A DNA stretch of 64,000 nt from the human T2T-CHM13v2.0 reference genome, Homo sapiens: assembly GCF_009914755.1 (NCBI RefSeq), contig NC_060937.1. One strand, 5' to 3'. This document shows positions 13,741-27,348 of the stretch, one piece after another. The notes beneath the pieces were generated by a model. That model searched no databases and had not been told where the DNA came from. It saw nothing but the letters and a program-made list of their open reading frames with translations. Position 1 is the first letter of the stretch, and every line of letters begins with the position of its first letter. A program made the translations under genes and the position numbers.

Positions 13741-14629
13741 GTATGGCAAAAAGCCTCCTATTTTTTTACTTAAAACCTAGACTTTAAGCCAGGTTGGACC
13801 TGGGGATAGTGGCAGCAAAAGCGGCAGCCAAATGTATACACTCCAGATGTCTACACTCATGGGCACAGGCATATTCCACACTTGCTGGAGCACGAGAGGC
13901 CTGAGAGGCACCTGTTTCCCAGTTGCTAACTGATGTCCATACACCCCATTCACGTGTCTTCATTTAGGTCTCTGCATCGTGTATTCGCTCAGCCAGTGTA
14001 AACACATCTTCTGGGGGGCATCATTAATTGCAGCACCTGCCCCACTTGTTCTGGGAGAGAGTCAGGAGGAATCTGGTCAGCTCCTAATCCCCCAGGACAA
14101 AGGTGCTGCCCTCTTTTCAGCACTCACATCCAGCAATGCCATCTCTGGATGGGTTTTTCAAACACAAGCAGCATGAGGTAGCAAGAGTGGTGTGACAGGC
14201 TCAGGGCCATGGGCAGCCGGTTGCTGGAGAAGCAGCACAGGGCAGGCACATCTGTGGGTGGCACCATGACAAGCCAAGGCAACCACAGACCCTAATCCCA
14301 ACAGCTCCAGCCCAGATGGCATTCAAATCTTCCCAGATAGTATTGGGGTACCCGATGCCCATCACTTGCCCGCTCATTAGCACGGCCTTGTTGGTTACTC
14401 AGGGACTAAGGAGAGAGGGTGGGGGATGTAGATCCAGGGTGGGCACTGCCTCACAGCCAGAGTCCACCTGACTGCAGGCCAGCAAGCAATCCCAAGCAGC
14501 TCAGCTCTAGTCACATCTGGCTGTACTTTATGTGTATACATTACACAAAGGTAGCAAACAGAAGTCAACAATAGCTGTTGTGACATGAAAGTCTATGCCT
14601 CATTAAGACCTTAAAATGCTGTTGTCTTA

Positions 14630-17600
14630 AGCTCTCTTTATTCTAATAAAATTTATACAAATAAACACATGCAAGCTGAAACTACTATAAATGAAATATT
14701 AGGATTTTTTAAACCCATAAACAGACACGAAGACAGTCACTGTTTGATTGCAGAGAAAGTGAGCTTCTAAAGCAGCTGACCACAAAACAGCCTCACCAAA
14801 CCCCAGGCAGGCCAGGCAGTCTGAACACTACAAGGCCACGTGATGGTCACAGAGGATGACAGCTCCCGTGAGTATTGCAAGGCACTGTGTTAGCTTCTCA
14901 CTCACAGTCTCAGAATACCCTGTGAGGGGAGGCCCCGTCTCACTAGAGCACAGGAGGTTCCTGAGCTTTTCCCAGAAAATGGTCATCAAACGATGGAGCA
15001 GGGGGAAGCCCAGACAGAACAAGTGAGTCCCTAGGGTCTCCTTAACCTCCCTCAGCTCCTCCACATGGGTCCCTGAGGGAAAGTGAGCAGCCTCCTAACC
15101 CCCTTGATAGGGTTCCAGTCCTGCAGGTCGGACTCTCTTATTTTATGCTACCATAGCGGGTGACAATGCAACCCCAGGCCCCTTATTTGCCATCCCTCAA
15201 TGCCAGGCCAGGCCCAGAGTCCTTTGCTAACACAGCCCAGGGGATGCTCAAGGCCCACCTCGGCACAGTCACCTGTAGTGTACTGAGATGAGCAAGGAGG
15301 TGCAAGTAGACACAAATCCCCATGGGCTTGGCCTCAGGCATGTTCCACAGGCTCAGGGCCTCGCTGATGAGCTCACAGCCCTCCTTTAGGAAGCCTGCAG
15401 ATCACACCCTCAGGGAGCAGTGCTCAGATGAGCAGGCAGGCCCCACATCCCCCACTCCATGAAGCTCTGTTCCACTTTGCAGGCTTCTGCATTGGCCAGT
15501 CCCCACTGCTTTCTGGTGAGATGTCCGAGTTGAAGTGAGTGTTGAATGCCACACAGCTGATGGGGCTCACTGCCTTGCCCATGTTGTAAATCACCTCCTG
15601 GCTTCAAGGGTCAGCTGCGGAGACACAGCTTGATGGGAGGTAGGCCCACTCCACCATCAGTAGTGCTGGGTTGCCCTGATCTGCACCTTCCAGGTCCTTC
15701 CTGAGATGTCTGCATGCTTCTCTAAGGGACTGGGTCACGAGACACCCCTGGCAAGAGTCAGCTGGCAGAACAGGCTGGACATTCTCCCTCAGCCTCCCCA
15801 GCAGCCCCGCCTGTGCTGTCATCTGTGCTGATGATCTCCGTGGTATGATTATGGGAAATTTTTTAAAGCATCTTTTCCCCGTTCATTTCCCTATCTTAAT
15901 AACAGCACTGATAACTTTTAAGCCCTAGCAAGCTGAAACTGCAAGACACATGATCTTCTGCCTTAGAAGGGCCATGTTTGGGCAGTGTGTGCCCAGGTGA
16001 GAGCCCCATGGTTGTTAGTGGCAGCCGGGAGCTGGATGGGCCTGGCCCCATAGCCTAGTGAAAAGTGGGACCCTCTCCTTCCAGAGCATGGAAGTCTCAG
16101 AGGCTGGAAAAAGGTGCCTGAGTGGCCTGCCAAGAAGCAGAAGGCTAGAAGGCCTGGAAAGAACCCCAACAGCCTTCAAGCTGCCTGAGAGGGCTGGGCT
16201 CATTCCAGCTTTCTTTGCTTTCATCCTGTTAGCAAGAAAACCTGCTCACAGATGGCAGGCGGGCCTGAGGCTGCCATTCCCTCATCAGGGGCTATAGGCA
16301 CCTTTAATGTGGCTCTTTCTTGAAGCAGCTGCTCAGGCCGGTTCTCGAAGAGCAGTTCCCTTATTATCCACAGGTCCTTCTTCCAGCCCCGTGTCTGCAG
16401 AGGGACTAGGGAGGGAGAAAATCTCTCAGCCTGTGCCCCACAACCTGCTTTGAGACATCTCTTTTGTTACTTCCTCACAGACAGCCTGAAACTTCCAAAT
16501 GAACAGACCAGAATGGAGCCTCCAGGAAAGTGTACAGAATTCTGTCTAGTACCCAGAGGGAAGGGGGTTCCCAGTGAAGGCAGGGCCAGGCTGCATGCAC
16601 CTCTTCAAAAATGTTCTCCTCATAGTCCACCCTCAAGGTGTACATCCTCTGTGTGCTTGCAGTCCATGGCAGCCTCTGCCTTGGGAACAGTCCAGCTGCA
16701 CACCTGCAATATGGTGGTGACCCTCTTGAATGGATGGTTCTGGGCCCCATTGCAGACAGCAGATAGGGAGATGCTCAGCCCATCAAGCCCAGAGCCCTGC
16801 CACAGGCTTCTGTGAGGCCTCCACCTGCTCTGGGTTCTTGCCCTGAGAGGCTGCCCTGAAGTCAAACAGAAGCAGGTGGGACTCTCTTCCACAGCTGCTC
16901 TCTCTCCCACTGACAGCTCCCTAGAGGGTAACTCAGACAGAGAAGATAGAATTCTCAGGCAGAAGGACAGGAGTTTCGGCTGCCAATTCATTCCATACCC
17001 CCACATGACATGACACAAGGCAGGGGCTGTGGGACAAAGTCATTGCCTTTCCTTCTGGCATGAGGAATGGCTTAGGAAGCAGGTCTGGTGGGGCTAGGGT
17101 TGAGCGATAGTCTTCAGACCACAAGGAGTGGATGGACACTGAGCAAGTATCCTGGTTATCTGTCCACAGACCCAGAACAAGTGGCATCCCAGGAGCCTGG
17201 GAGGGGCTGGCTGAGACTTACTGGTTCCAGCAAAAGCCCATGTGGATGCAGTAATGCTGCCTGCTGCTGGTCCTTGGCTGTAATTACAAACAGGTACATG
17301 AGGTCCCCATGGATCTTGCAGCTCTCAGGGAGTGGGTTCCAGCTGCTCATGGTAGGCACTTTTAGTCACTGAACGTGCTTCAGGAATGGCCAAGCTTGAT
17401 TAAGCCAGGCGTCTTGCTGTGAGACCCTCCACCCAACTGAGGACCCTCTTCCTTGTCCCCCCTGACAGTTTACCTTCCAGTTCTGGTTCTAGAGACACGA
17501 TGGCCCTTCTTGGACCCCTGGGAGAATGTGCTCAGATGACACACAGTCGACAGGGCCCATTTCCAAGCCATTCTTCCATTTCCCACTGTTTGAGGGGCCG

Positions 17601-17970
17601 AGGCCGGTGATCAGCACAGGGCCACCCAGGGCCAGCTGTCTGCACCTAAACGTCATGTTGGTCTGGATGTCTCAGGGCCAGAACTCTCCAGGTAAGATGG
17701 CCTGGTCCTCAGCACCTGGCCTCCGTGCTCCTTTTTCCTCTGTTCAATCCTGGCCCCAATGCCTCCTGCAACTCTCAGGTCACCATTGGAGAAGATGCTC
17801 AGGAAGAAGAAGCCGCTGCAGTCAACCCTGCTGAAGGTGGCATATGGGTCCAGGCTCTTGAGCTGGTCTTTGACATGGTACATGTGGATGCAGGCTTTGA
17901 GCAGTGTGAGTAGCTCTTTCTGGAAGGAGGGGAAAACGGTGTTTCCAGGGTCCTACACCCTAGAACGACC
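14630..17970 (-). pseudogene. CLUHP: Unprocessed, internally deleted CLUH (clustered mitochondria homolog) pseudogene, left copy
   Basis: Intron-separated exon remnants match CLUH: 17772-17919 (LKSLDPYATFSRVDC), 17474-17589 (SGKWKNGLEMGPVDC), 17222-17377 ([32 protein letters not shown]), 16601-16747 ([26 protein letters not shown]), 16302-16394 (TRGW...LLQERATLK), 15811-15842, 15513-15614 (KAVSPISCVAFNTHFNSDISP), 15259-15394 (GFLKEGCELISEALSL). AATAAA on minus at 14637-14642; the 3' boundary is uncertain. Confidence 0.9.
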
Positions 17971-18084
17971 CATCTAGCACAGAAAACAGTTTGCAACGTG
18001 CTATCATGTGTGATTTTAATTTTGGGCTTTAGGCTTTCATTTCCAAATTCCACAATAAACACATAAGGTGGAGTTCTGATTTCA

Positions 18085-18142
18085 ACACACACACACACAC
18101 AAACACAAGCACACACACACATTCTCTCTCTCTCCCTCTCTC
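18085..18142. repeat. (CA)n-(CT)n compound microsatellite
   Basis: Read directly; much shorter in the mirror copy (~50494-50524). Confidence 0.85.
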
Positions 18143-19914
18143 TTAGAATCTTCCAGTGCATTCACACTGAAAGCCGAAGTCCTCCCAGAATCTTGTGAGA
18201 ACCTAAATGATCTGAATAGTTTGTCATTGCTTTTGGGGATCTGGGAAAATCTCTGCACATTTCTGGAGACCGCTGTTATGCCATTTTTAATAAATCTGTT
18301 CTGCTTCAATTCAGAAGTGTGTGAGGGGAGTTGTGGAGGAATTGGCATTTGGGTTAGAAATTATAGGAACAACAGAGACAGATGACACCTGTTTTCTGCT
18401 TCATAATGTCAAGTTTTATGAAAGCTAAAACCTAATTCTACAAAAAAATTAGACTGAAAAACTTTATAGGCAAAAATTATCTTATTAAATAGGAAAATCT
18501 AATTATTTTATTTTAAAATTTTCTTTTCCTTAGTAGGACCTAATCATAGAAATTTAAACACTGTATGCCAACAGCCTCTACTGTAGGATGGTTTATTGTA
18601 AGTACTCATTTTACAGATTTCTTACAAAAACTTTTTCCGTAAGGGAAATTAGAATATTGTTCAACATATATTGAATTCACAATTATTACCTTATTTCTCA
18701 CTTATTATTTTATGATTCTGTTTTCTTTAATATGAAGATTACTATGACTGTGTTTTCACTTTCTGAATTATCATGTGTCACATTTTTCTGTAATTTCAGT
18801 TTGAGAAGTTGTAAAACAGCATGCCCAAATGTATATGTTATGTATCAATTATATAATTAATTATTAAAATATTTGGCTTGTATGTTTAATTGACTCTAGG
18901 CACAATATTACTATTAGCATTTTCTTCCAGTTTTCCCAACTTTTATTTGACTAATAGTACAATTTATTTCCAGTTTTTATTTTATCTGTCAATGTTTTAT
19001 ACTGTATTTACAATATTTATATTGTTACCATATGTAAAAATGTAAGACCTTTCTATTAAAGGCTAGATTACAGCCTTACCCTTTTGTGTAAGGAAAGAAG
19101 CAATGCATCAGTAGCATAATTTAAAACTTTCTCTAGTATTACTTAAATTTTTATTCCTTAAAACTTTCTCATCACATCTCTTTTTAATAATTATAATATG
19201 GTTTCTTTGAAATGTTGTTGCCCTAATTGTATCCAAATAATTCAAAATTTATACTTTTTATGGATTCAAAGGAAGAGTTGAAAATTGTAGTTACCTAGGA
19301 TTCTTTTTCAGTTGGACACTATGTTTATTCAGGATTTTATAGATCAAAGTTTCTCTTAATTATGTTTTAGAATTTATGTTTCTGTATTTTTTAGAGTAGG
19401 CTGTCTCACAGCAGTTAATTGTGTTTTTACTTTCTACCTATTTATTATGATTTTGAATTACATTATTCAAGTAAGAATTCGGGGAAGGTTTCTTTTAAGT
19501 TTGTTTTGCAATTTTGCATTTCTGTGTTTCATGTTTTAGGGTAGGGCACCTTACATCAGTTTATTGTTTTTAGTTTGAATTTATATAATATAATTTTCTA
19601 TGACAATATTCAAATCTGTACAGCTTAAGACAGTGTGAGGTAAAAAATATGAACCATCCCTATGGTCTTTTGTTAATATAATGATTTAATTGTTTGTTTG
19701 CTTGTATAAATATTGCCCCTATTTTGTTTATGACTTGTGTATTTTCTTCTTGTTTGATGGACAATAATTGATTCTGTCTAAGTGAGTAATCATGGAAATT
19801 GTCTTAATTTCAACATCTATTGTTTATATTATCCTAGTGTGAAAGAAAGACTTATGCGATTTGAAGATAATTTTTCAAAAACTTTGTAACTCTCTCTCTT
19901 CAGGTGTCTTTACT

Positions 19915-20204
19915 TATTTATTTATTTTTTGACAGACTCTCACCCTGTCGCCAAAGTGCAGTGGCACAATCTTGGCTCACTGCAACCTCCACCTCCCAGG
20001 TTAAAGCAATTCTCCAGCTGCTGCCTCTTGAGTAGCTGGCATTAAAAGTGTGCACTACCACGCCTGGTTAATTTTTGTGTTTTTCATAGAGCTGGGGTTT
20101 CACCATGTTGGCCAGGCTGGTCTTGAACTCATGGCCTCAAGTAATCTGCATGCCTCAGCCTCCCAGAGTGCTGAGATTACAGGCATGAGCCATCTCTCTT
20201 GGCC
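19915..20204 (-). mobile_element. AluS/J
   Basis: gtgcagtggcacaatcttggctcactgcaacctcc...gttggccaggctggtcttgaactc. Confidence 0.85.
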
Positions 20205-20209
20205 CTTGG

Positions 20210-21130
20210 GTGTCATTTTTAATTTCGATTGTGGTAAAAATACATAACATAAAATTTAGAATCTTTAATATTTTTTCTTATACAGTTCAGTCATGTTAAT
20301 GTATTTACATTGCTTTGCAACATATTTGTAAAACTTTTTTCTTTTGCAAAACTGAAACTCAGGACACATGAAATGACAACTACCCATTTTCCTTACAACC
20401 TGGCTCCTGATAAAAATCATTCTATTTTCTGTTTCTAAGTTTCAATACTTTAGATATTACATATAAGTAGAATCATAGAGTATCTGTTTTATTGTGACTA
20501 ATTTTACTTAGCATCATGTTCTCAAGATTTCTCTTTATTGTGGATGGTACAAGATTTTCTGCCTTTAAAAGCTGAGTAATATTCCATTACTTTTGTATTA
20601 CAAATTATATTTATTTATTCATTCTATGAGGAAAGTTTGTGTTGCTTTCACCTATTGGCCTTTGTGAATAATGCTGCAATGAATATTGGTATGCAAATAG
20701 CTATTTGCTCATATGTGTGAGGTTTACATGTGTGCTACCTTCTGTTTTATTGGAAAAATTGTCTGTCTTTATGCTAGAAACAAACTGTTTTCATTGCTGT
20801 TGCTTTGTAATGTGCTTTGAAATCAGAAAATTGAGGCCGCTAACATTGTTTTTTTTTAAAACATTTTTGGGCTCTTTATGGTCGCTTGACATTCCATATA
20901 ATTTGTTGGTTCCTTTTTCTATTTCAAAAACATTGCTAATTTAAAAGGGATTGCATTGAATCTGTAACTCGCTTTAGGCATCATGAGCATTCTTCATAAT
21001 ATCAAGTCTTACAACCCTTAAACATGAGCATGCTCAAAAGTGAGTTGTTTAATTTCCATATATATGTTGCTATTTTTGTTTTCTTCTGTTATTCATTTCT
21101 AGTTTTATTCCATTTTGATCAGAAATAATA
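20210..21130 (-). mobile_element. Old L1M 3' fragments
   Basis: aaaagctgagtaatattccatt, gtgaataatgctgcaatgaatattgg and gggattgcattgaatctgta motifs. Confidence 0.7.
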
Positions 21131-21139
21131 GTCACTGAA

Positions 21140-22850
21140 AGGCTAAACCACTCTGGGAAGTGACCCCCATTATAGAACATTACAAAGAGATGTGAGGGCA
21201 CCACTTCTGCCCTGATGGGCTAGAGGGATGTGTTCTCTGAGATGACACGTTGCAGACAAATGCAGGGAACAATATAACCCCCTTTTCATGTAAACTCTTC
21301 CCTATTTTTCTAGAGTATTAGTGATAGTGGTGGCTTTGAAGTCTTGGGGAAGGTCTGGCAGTGCCGTGAACCTGCCTGCTACAGGTGATACCAGGGGGGG
21401 AAAATTAAAACCATACAAACTGTAGAAACATGAATAAATACAGCCTAGTGTAAAGTAAAAACAACACAAAGGCCTTCTCTGATATTTCTACAAGAATGTA
21501 AAAAGGGACTTTACACTTAACCAAGCTGCCTTTGGGACTAGTTAAGGCTAGATTTTTGGGAGGCAGATCTTTGGGTCACTCATGGAAATCCCCTAAGAGA
21601 GAGCCCAGAGAAATTCCATATTTGGGTCTGGATCCTGGGCCCATCCTGGTTTTGTCAGACCCCTGTCTGTAGAGACCCCCATGTGCCTGCTCTCACCGTA
21701 ACTCACTGTATGCCATGCTTGGGGGTGTGGTGAACCTGCCAGTTGTCCAAGGAGATGGGGGACTTGAACCCATCAAATATCTGCTCAATGATTTTAATGA
21801 AACTCTACAGAGAGTGTTCCCAGCAGTGAAGCAGGAAAAAAAAAAAAGAAAAAAGAAAAAAAATTAATTATCTCCTTTGTTTTTACCACCAGGTGACATC
21901 TCCATTAGAAATTCTGTTTCCTAGATCAGGAACATAGGAGTATCTGCATAGACCCCCAGCCAATGAGGAAACCCGAGGACAGCTTAAGGCCTTGGGATTC
22001 ACATCTGAGTAGACACACTTGGTCCACAATGCTCAACTTTTTATTCCACCAGCCATGACCTGGGTATGAACATGACATAGCCGCCAGGGTTCCAATGCCT
22101 TACAGCCTGCCCCTGTGAGAAAGAGCCCCCTCCTTTCCTGCTCCCCCTGCAACACATGGTAATGGTAGACAGGGTCGGGTTGCCCAGATTAGATGACACG
22201 GGTGGCCTGGCATGGACGGACCTGACCTGGGCTTCACTGTGTTACCTCTGTTTGCCTCTTGTTGAATGGCCAGTGGTATCAAGGATGTGGGCTGAGCCAA
22301 TATGTATATGGTCAGAAAAGTCTCTCACTTTGAACCTTTCTCAGGCAACAGCTTAGGAATATAACATACAATGAGAACACAGTACTCTCTCAAGCATCTC
22401 CCATGAAATTAGCTAGATAGAGGGCTGTCTCTAGAATGTGGGTTTCTGTTTCCCAAAGTTCTAAATTCTGTTAGGTTCTGTCACAAGGGAAGTCTGTTAA
22501 CTTCTTCAAGGTTTTATCCCCTGAGCCCTTTTCCTCCATAAATCTATGCAAAGTCCCTACTGGGCTGCTGATTGCTCACCCTCATCTCCCATGTCAACTC
22601 TTTTCCTGTAAACAGTTATGCAAACACAATTATGCCTCTTACTCCCCAAAAAGATCTAAATACAGCCAGGGCCCCAGGTTTGAGAGAACAGAGTTGGATT
22701 AAAATCTTCTTTTCCTTTTCATTTCTGTGACCATATGAAAATGACTGAGTGCTTCAGTTCTCCCCAGCCCTGAAGTATGCATAATGGGATTAGGCTAGCA
22801 TCAACTTCCAGAAAGAGTCATTGGCGATATATGAGATAGAATGAATCAAA
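21140..22850. mobile_element. Probable degenerate ERV/LTR-derived sequence
   Basis: Composition and motifs resemble ERV1 internal/LTR sequence; family not resolved by eye. Confidence 0.3.
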
Positions 22851-22854
22851 ATCA

Positions 22855-23143
22855 GTTGGATGTAGTTGCTCTTGCCTGTAATCTTAGCAGATTGGTAGAC
22901 CAAGATGGGTGGAACACTTAAGGCCAGGGGTTTGAAACCAGCCATGGCCAGCATGACAAAAACCCTTCTCCACTAAAAATGCAAAAATTAGCCAGATGTG
23001 TTGATGCATGCCTGTAATCCCAGCCACTCAGGAGGCTGAGGTGTAAGAATCACCTGAGCCAAGGAAGCAGAGATTACATTGAGCCTTGATCATGCCTCTG
23101 CACTCCAGCCTGGGTGACATAGCGAGACTGTGTCTCAAAAAAA
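22855..23143 (+). mobile_element. Alu (AluJ/S), followed by a TA-rich low-complexity tail to ~23280
   Basis: gcctgtaatcccagccactcaggaggctgagg...cactccagcctgggtgac. Confidence 0.85.
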
Positions 23144-23994
23144 TATATATACTATGTATATATAATTTATATTTATATATTATATATAATATATAAACTT
23201 ATACATATACACCTTTATGTATAAAAGATATATATTTCACATATCTGTATACATAAAAGATATATATTTTATATATATGGCCTTATTTTTCCATTCTACA
23301 GCAGAAGAGGTTGAAATCAAAAGAAAATCAGATACTGTATTCTGGCATTAAATATTCCAGTGCTGTGCATTATATTTGGAATCACATGTATATGCTTCAT
23401 CTCAGCCTATGTGGTGGGCACCCCCAACAAAGTCTCACAACAACACTAAGTTGTGAGTGACTCTGTTATTTAAAAACGCAGCTCACCACTCAGTGCCTCA
23501 GAAGCCGGTACTATAACACCGGGTTTCCAACAAAGACATTGGATTCCAGCTGAAGCCTCTTTCCCTGTGCTTACTTAAAGGTAGTAATATTCTCAGAAAG
23601 GTTTAAGAGGTGGCTTCTTGTTTAGCAGGGAATTGCTGAAAGGAAAAATGTATGGAAAGTCACTGGGCATGAACAGCCATCTTTTCCTGCTACACACAGG
23701 TCATGTGCAAATTTGGGGACAGTTAGTACAAAACATGTGATGGAAATTTGGGCTCTTACATCAGTGAGCTTATTTCACACAGACTCCACTTGACCATATT
23801 GGTTCCAACCAATTTTAGCCACTTTTTAGAAGTCTCATAAGTGGAATAAATTTCATTCTTTCAACAAGTTCTATCTTTTCTTATCTGTCATTCTGCAAAC
23901 TGAAGAATTTCTGCTAGTCGTTGGTTGAACTCTTTGGGGACCTGGTTCTAGTTTCTGTCAAAGAGAATACAACAAATGTGATAGGTTATCACTT

Positions 23995-24330
23995 CTGACT
24001 TAGTTCAGGCTTCTATACCAAAAAACATAGACTAGGCAACTTATAAACAAAAGACTTTAGTTCTGGAGGCTAGAAATTTGAGATTGGCTTCCAGCATGGT
24101 TGTGGTCTGGTAAGGACTCTCTTCTGAGTTTCGAACTCCAGACTTCAGGTTGTATTCTCATTTAGCAGAGAGAAGGACAGACAGCCTTCTGCGGTTTCTT
24201 TTACAAAGCCCGTAATCTCTATCACGAGGGCCTCATGCTTAGGACTTAATTACCTCTGACCTGCTAAGGCCATTAAACTGGGGATTAATGTTCTGGAATG
24301 TGAATATGGTGGGGAATCACATAGTCTACT
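23995..24330 (-). mobile_element. MaLR LTR (MLT1/MST-like)
   Basis: tagttcaggcttctataccaaaaaacatagact...agttctggaggctagaaa...cacatagtctactgca. Confidence 0.65.
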
Positions 24331-24499
24331 GCAACTTCCAAAGTTATATTTCTAAAACAGCTATTATTTTCCTCCCACTTGCTCTGTCCTGTGTTTCGTC
24401 TCTCAATCTCTCTGTCTCCCTTTCTCTTTTTCTGTGCATATGTCTGTCTATCTCTTTCATTTTCCATCTCTCTATTGTATTCTTCAAGATGAGGAAGCG

Positions 24500-24822
24500 A
24501 TCTCCAGTGTCCTAAGATGCTCTAGGCACAGACCCACATGATAGAGAACTGAGGAACTGCCCAGGCCAATCAACAGGAAGAAACTGGTGTTCTCAGTTCA
24601 CACTGAATCCTGCCAATTTCCATGAGGCAGATTGGAGGCTGATCTCTCCCCAAATCCAGCTTCAGTTGAAATCACAGCCCCAGCCTCATAGGGGACCTTG
24701 AGGCAGAGGCACCCAACTAAGCTATATCGAGATTCTGATTCACAAAAATTGTGAGATAGTATTTGTTGTCAAAATGTGCTAAAATTCAGGGCAATGTTGT
24801 CAGAGAGCGGCAAATGACTAAT
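24500..24822 (+). mobile_element. MaLR LTR 3' part (MLT1-like)
   Basis: actgaatcctgccaa...ccagcttcagttgaaatcacagccccagc...tgtgagatagtatttgttgt. Confidence 0.6.
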
Positions 24823-25421
24823 CTCCTCTTTCAGGCCCCAGGATACACCCTCCCCTCTTTTCCTTTCTTTCTCAGGCTGCCTACAGCCACACTTGTCCCT
24901 TTATAACCTCCTCTGCTAAACTGACTTGTGCCTCTGAGTCTTTTCACAAAGAGTGGCTTTTCCCTGACACACTTTGCACACCTGCGCAGTTCTCATTCTC
25001 GTCAAAACATAATGCCAGCTCAGTGAGGTATTCATGTCCCCTCCAGGCAACCTCTCCCCAGCCCTCCCTCCCAACATTATACTTTATTTCCATTATAAAA
25101 TGCTCTTTTCTTTCACATGTACTTGCTTTAGTGTTTTTGTCCTGCAGTCCTCGGGCTGTGGGCTCCCCGCGGGGAGGCAGGGATAACATAATCGTTTTTG
25201 GTACCACATGGTGAACCTACCAAGGTAGCTGCCACAGGGTGAGTGCTAGGGGAAGAGCCGCTGAGTAAAATAACATGGAAAATCACAAAGTCCTTCCTGC
25301 TTTCGGTCAGCCAATAATGTGGAGATCAAGAATGATAACAGGAGCTGCAGGACCTCAGCCTGTCTCTCCCCCGGCTCCAGCTACTCCAGTAAAGTCCAGC
25401 GGGCACAAGAAACACGGGGTC

Positions 25422-25440
25422 TGCAGCCACCTAGAGACCT
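25422..25440 (-). promoter_or_regulatory. Degenerate CTCF-like motif (left copy)
   Basis: Minus strand AGGTCTCTAGGTGGCTGCA; two changes relative to the right-arm copy. Confidence 0.35.
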
Positions 25441-26302
25441 CCACTAGCACTGAACTCCCAGGCAGAAGCATCACAAAACAGGTAACTGCATTGGGGAATT
25501 CTCAAGGCAGTGGCTCTTCAGGGACCCCTGGGAAAAGGAGAAGTATCTGAAGGCTCCAAGGGCCATAAAAGTGACCTCGGAAGCCTCCCTTGATTCCTAT
25601 TTTCCTCAGCCTCTTTGGGTGTGCTGTGCACTCATTAAACATTTTAACAGCATTCGGCGACATTATTTTCTCCCACTTCCGAATGAGGAACTCAAGGACA
25701 GCCCAAAAAACTAGTATTTTTTCTGGGCCCCACACTCCAGAGCCCAGTGCATTGTCACATTGTGCTTTATTCCAAGTCCTCATCCGCCCAAGTCTCTAGG
25801 CCTCTCTCTTCTCTGAAGGACCTCTAGAAACTGAAAAGCCTCTTCCCAGAGTCTCAAAGCACAGTGAGTTACCAATGAATAGCCAAGAGCAGCAGACACC
25901 TATGAGTATCTAGAATCCTTGGTATTATTCCTTCAGAGTACCCCTATTTATGAGGGAGAAAACAAAGGCTTTCTTTCCCGTAGCCTCTCTTTACATCACA
26001 CGGGGTGGTGGGTGGAGGGCATAGCTCATTTTAGTTCCAGGTGCCCACAGAAGTGGGAGTCACAACCCCAGTCCTGTCCTCTTGAAACAGCTGGGAAGGT
26101 CCCCAGGCTTGAAAGAACCCAGGGAACCTGGAGGGTCCTTCATTGCATGCTGTCAGCTCCTGGTCATGTAGCTGGGGGAGTGGATGCCTCTGCCTCATGG
26201 CAAAGCTGCATCTACTGTTTCTTCCCCTTTTGTCACTTCTTTGGTTTCCTCTTCCCTAACCTCACTTTAGAATCTCCACTTTAGATCTCCACTTTAGAAG
26301 AC

Positions 26303-26345
26303 TGTGTGTGTGTGTGTGTGTGTGTGTGATGTGTTTGTGTGTGCA
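26303..26345. repeat. (TG)n microsatellite
   Basis: Read directly. Confidence 0.85.
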
Positions 26346-27049
26346 TGCCTGCACACCTACGTGACAACATTGAAGAGTAGAAAGCCCAGGTAGAAAGTAG
26401 AGCACAGGGTTTTCCAGGACTCAGGGGCTCTCATTTCCAAAGCAAACCTGATGGGTGGGGTGCATGCAAGGCCTAGGAAGCTGGATCCCTCCCTAATACT
26501 CTGTGCTCTGCCCAATTTCTGGGATCTGGACCAGTCTTTGCCTTTTTTGGGGGTCTCAGTCTTCCTGTTGTAAAATGAAGAGTTGGCTACAAAACTGTAT
26601 GAGCACATGCTCAGTGAAGACAGGGTGTCATGCTCAATACCACAGAGAATATTGGGATGGGGAAAGTTTGGGCAGACTTAGGTGTCCACGCGTGCTCAGG
26701 CCTCTGAACAGGGCAAATGCAGGTGAACATAAAGCACGGCACAGCCAGGTTTTCTTTCCAGGGCTACAGGATGAAACAGTGCACCACAGGATCTGCTCTT
26801 GAGGTCGGTCCCGCAAGATTTTCCCACCTTCAACCAGCAACTGTTTGATGAATTTCATGTCCTGTGAAGCCCATATCCACCCCCATTACAGTGAGGGGCA
26901 CAGGGCACTAGACCTGTAAAATAATGTCTTTTGCCTTTTTTTCTTTTCTTTTCTTTTTCTTTTTTTTTTTTTTTTAACTGAGTGGCTGTTTCTTCTTTCT
27001 CTTTTTCTGTTTTGTTTGTTTTTTAACTAATTTTTAAGAGGACTTTACA

Positions 27050-27348
27050 GGTCAGCTGTGGTGCCTCGCACCTCTAATTTCAACACTTTGGGAGGATGAG
27101 GCAGGTGGATGATTTGAGGTCAGGAGTTCAAAACCAGCCTGGCGAACCTGGTGAAAATCCGTCTCTACTAAACTTACAAAAAAATTAGCGGGGAATGGTG
27201 GCCCAAGCCTGTAGCCCCAGCTACTCAGGAGGCTGAGACAGAAGAATTGCTGAAACTTGGGAGGCGGAGGTTGCAGTGAGCCGAGATTGCACGACTGCAC
27301 TCCAGACTGGGTGACAGAGTGAGTCTCTGTAAAAAAAAAAAAAAAAAA
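27050..27348 (+). mobile_element. AluS
   Basis: gaggtcaggagttcaaaaccagcctgg...ggaggcggaggttgcagtgagccgagattgc plus A tail. Confidence 0.9.

Noticed and set aside
14828-15064. 78-aa ORF nearly identical in both arms (MEELREVKETL...)
   Set aside because: Non-ATG start, no recognisable domain; conservation is explained by the inverted duplication.
18060-18145. (GT)n tract resembling the acceptor region before a KRAB-A exon
   Set aside because: No KRAB-A codons (LTFRDVA) follow on either strand.
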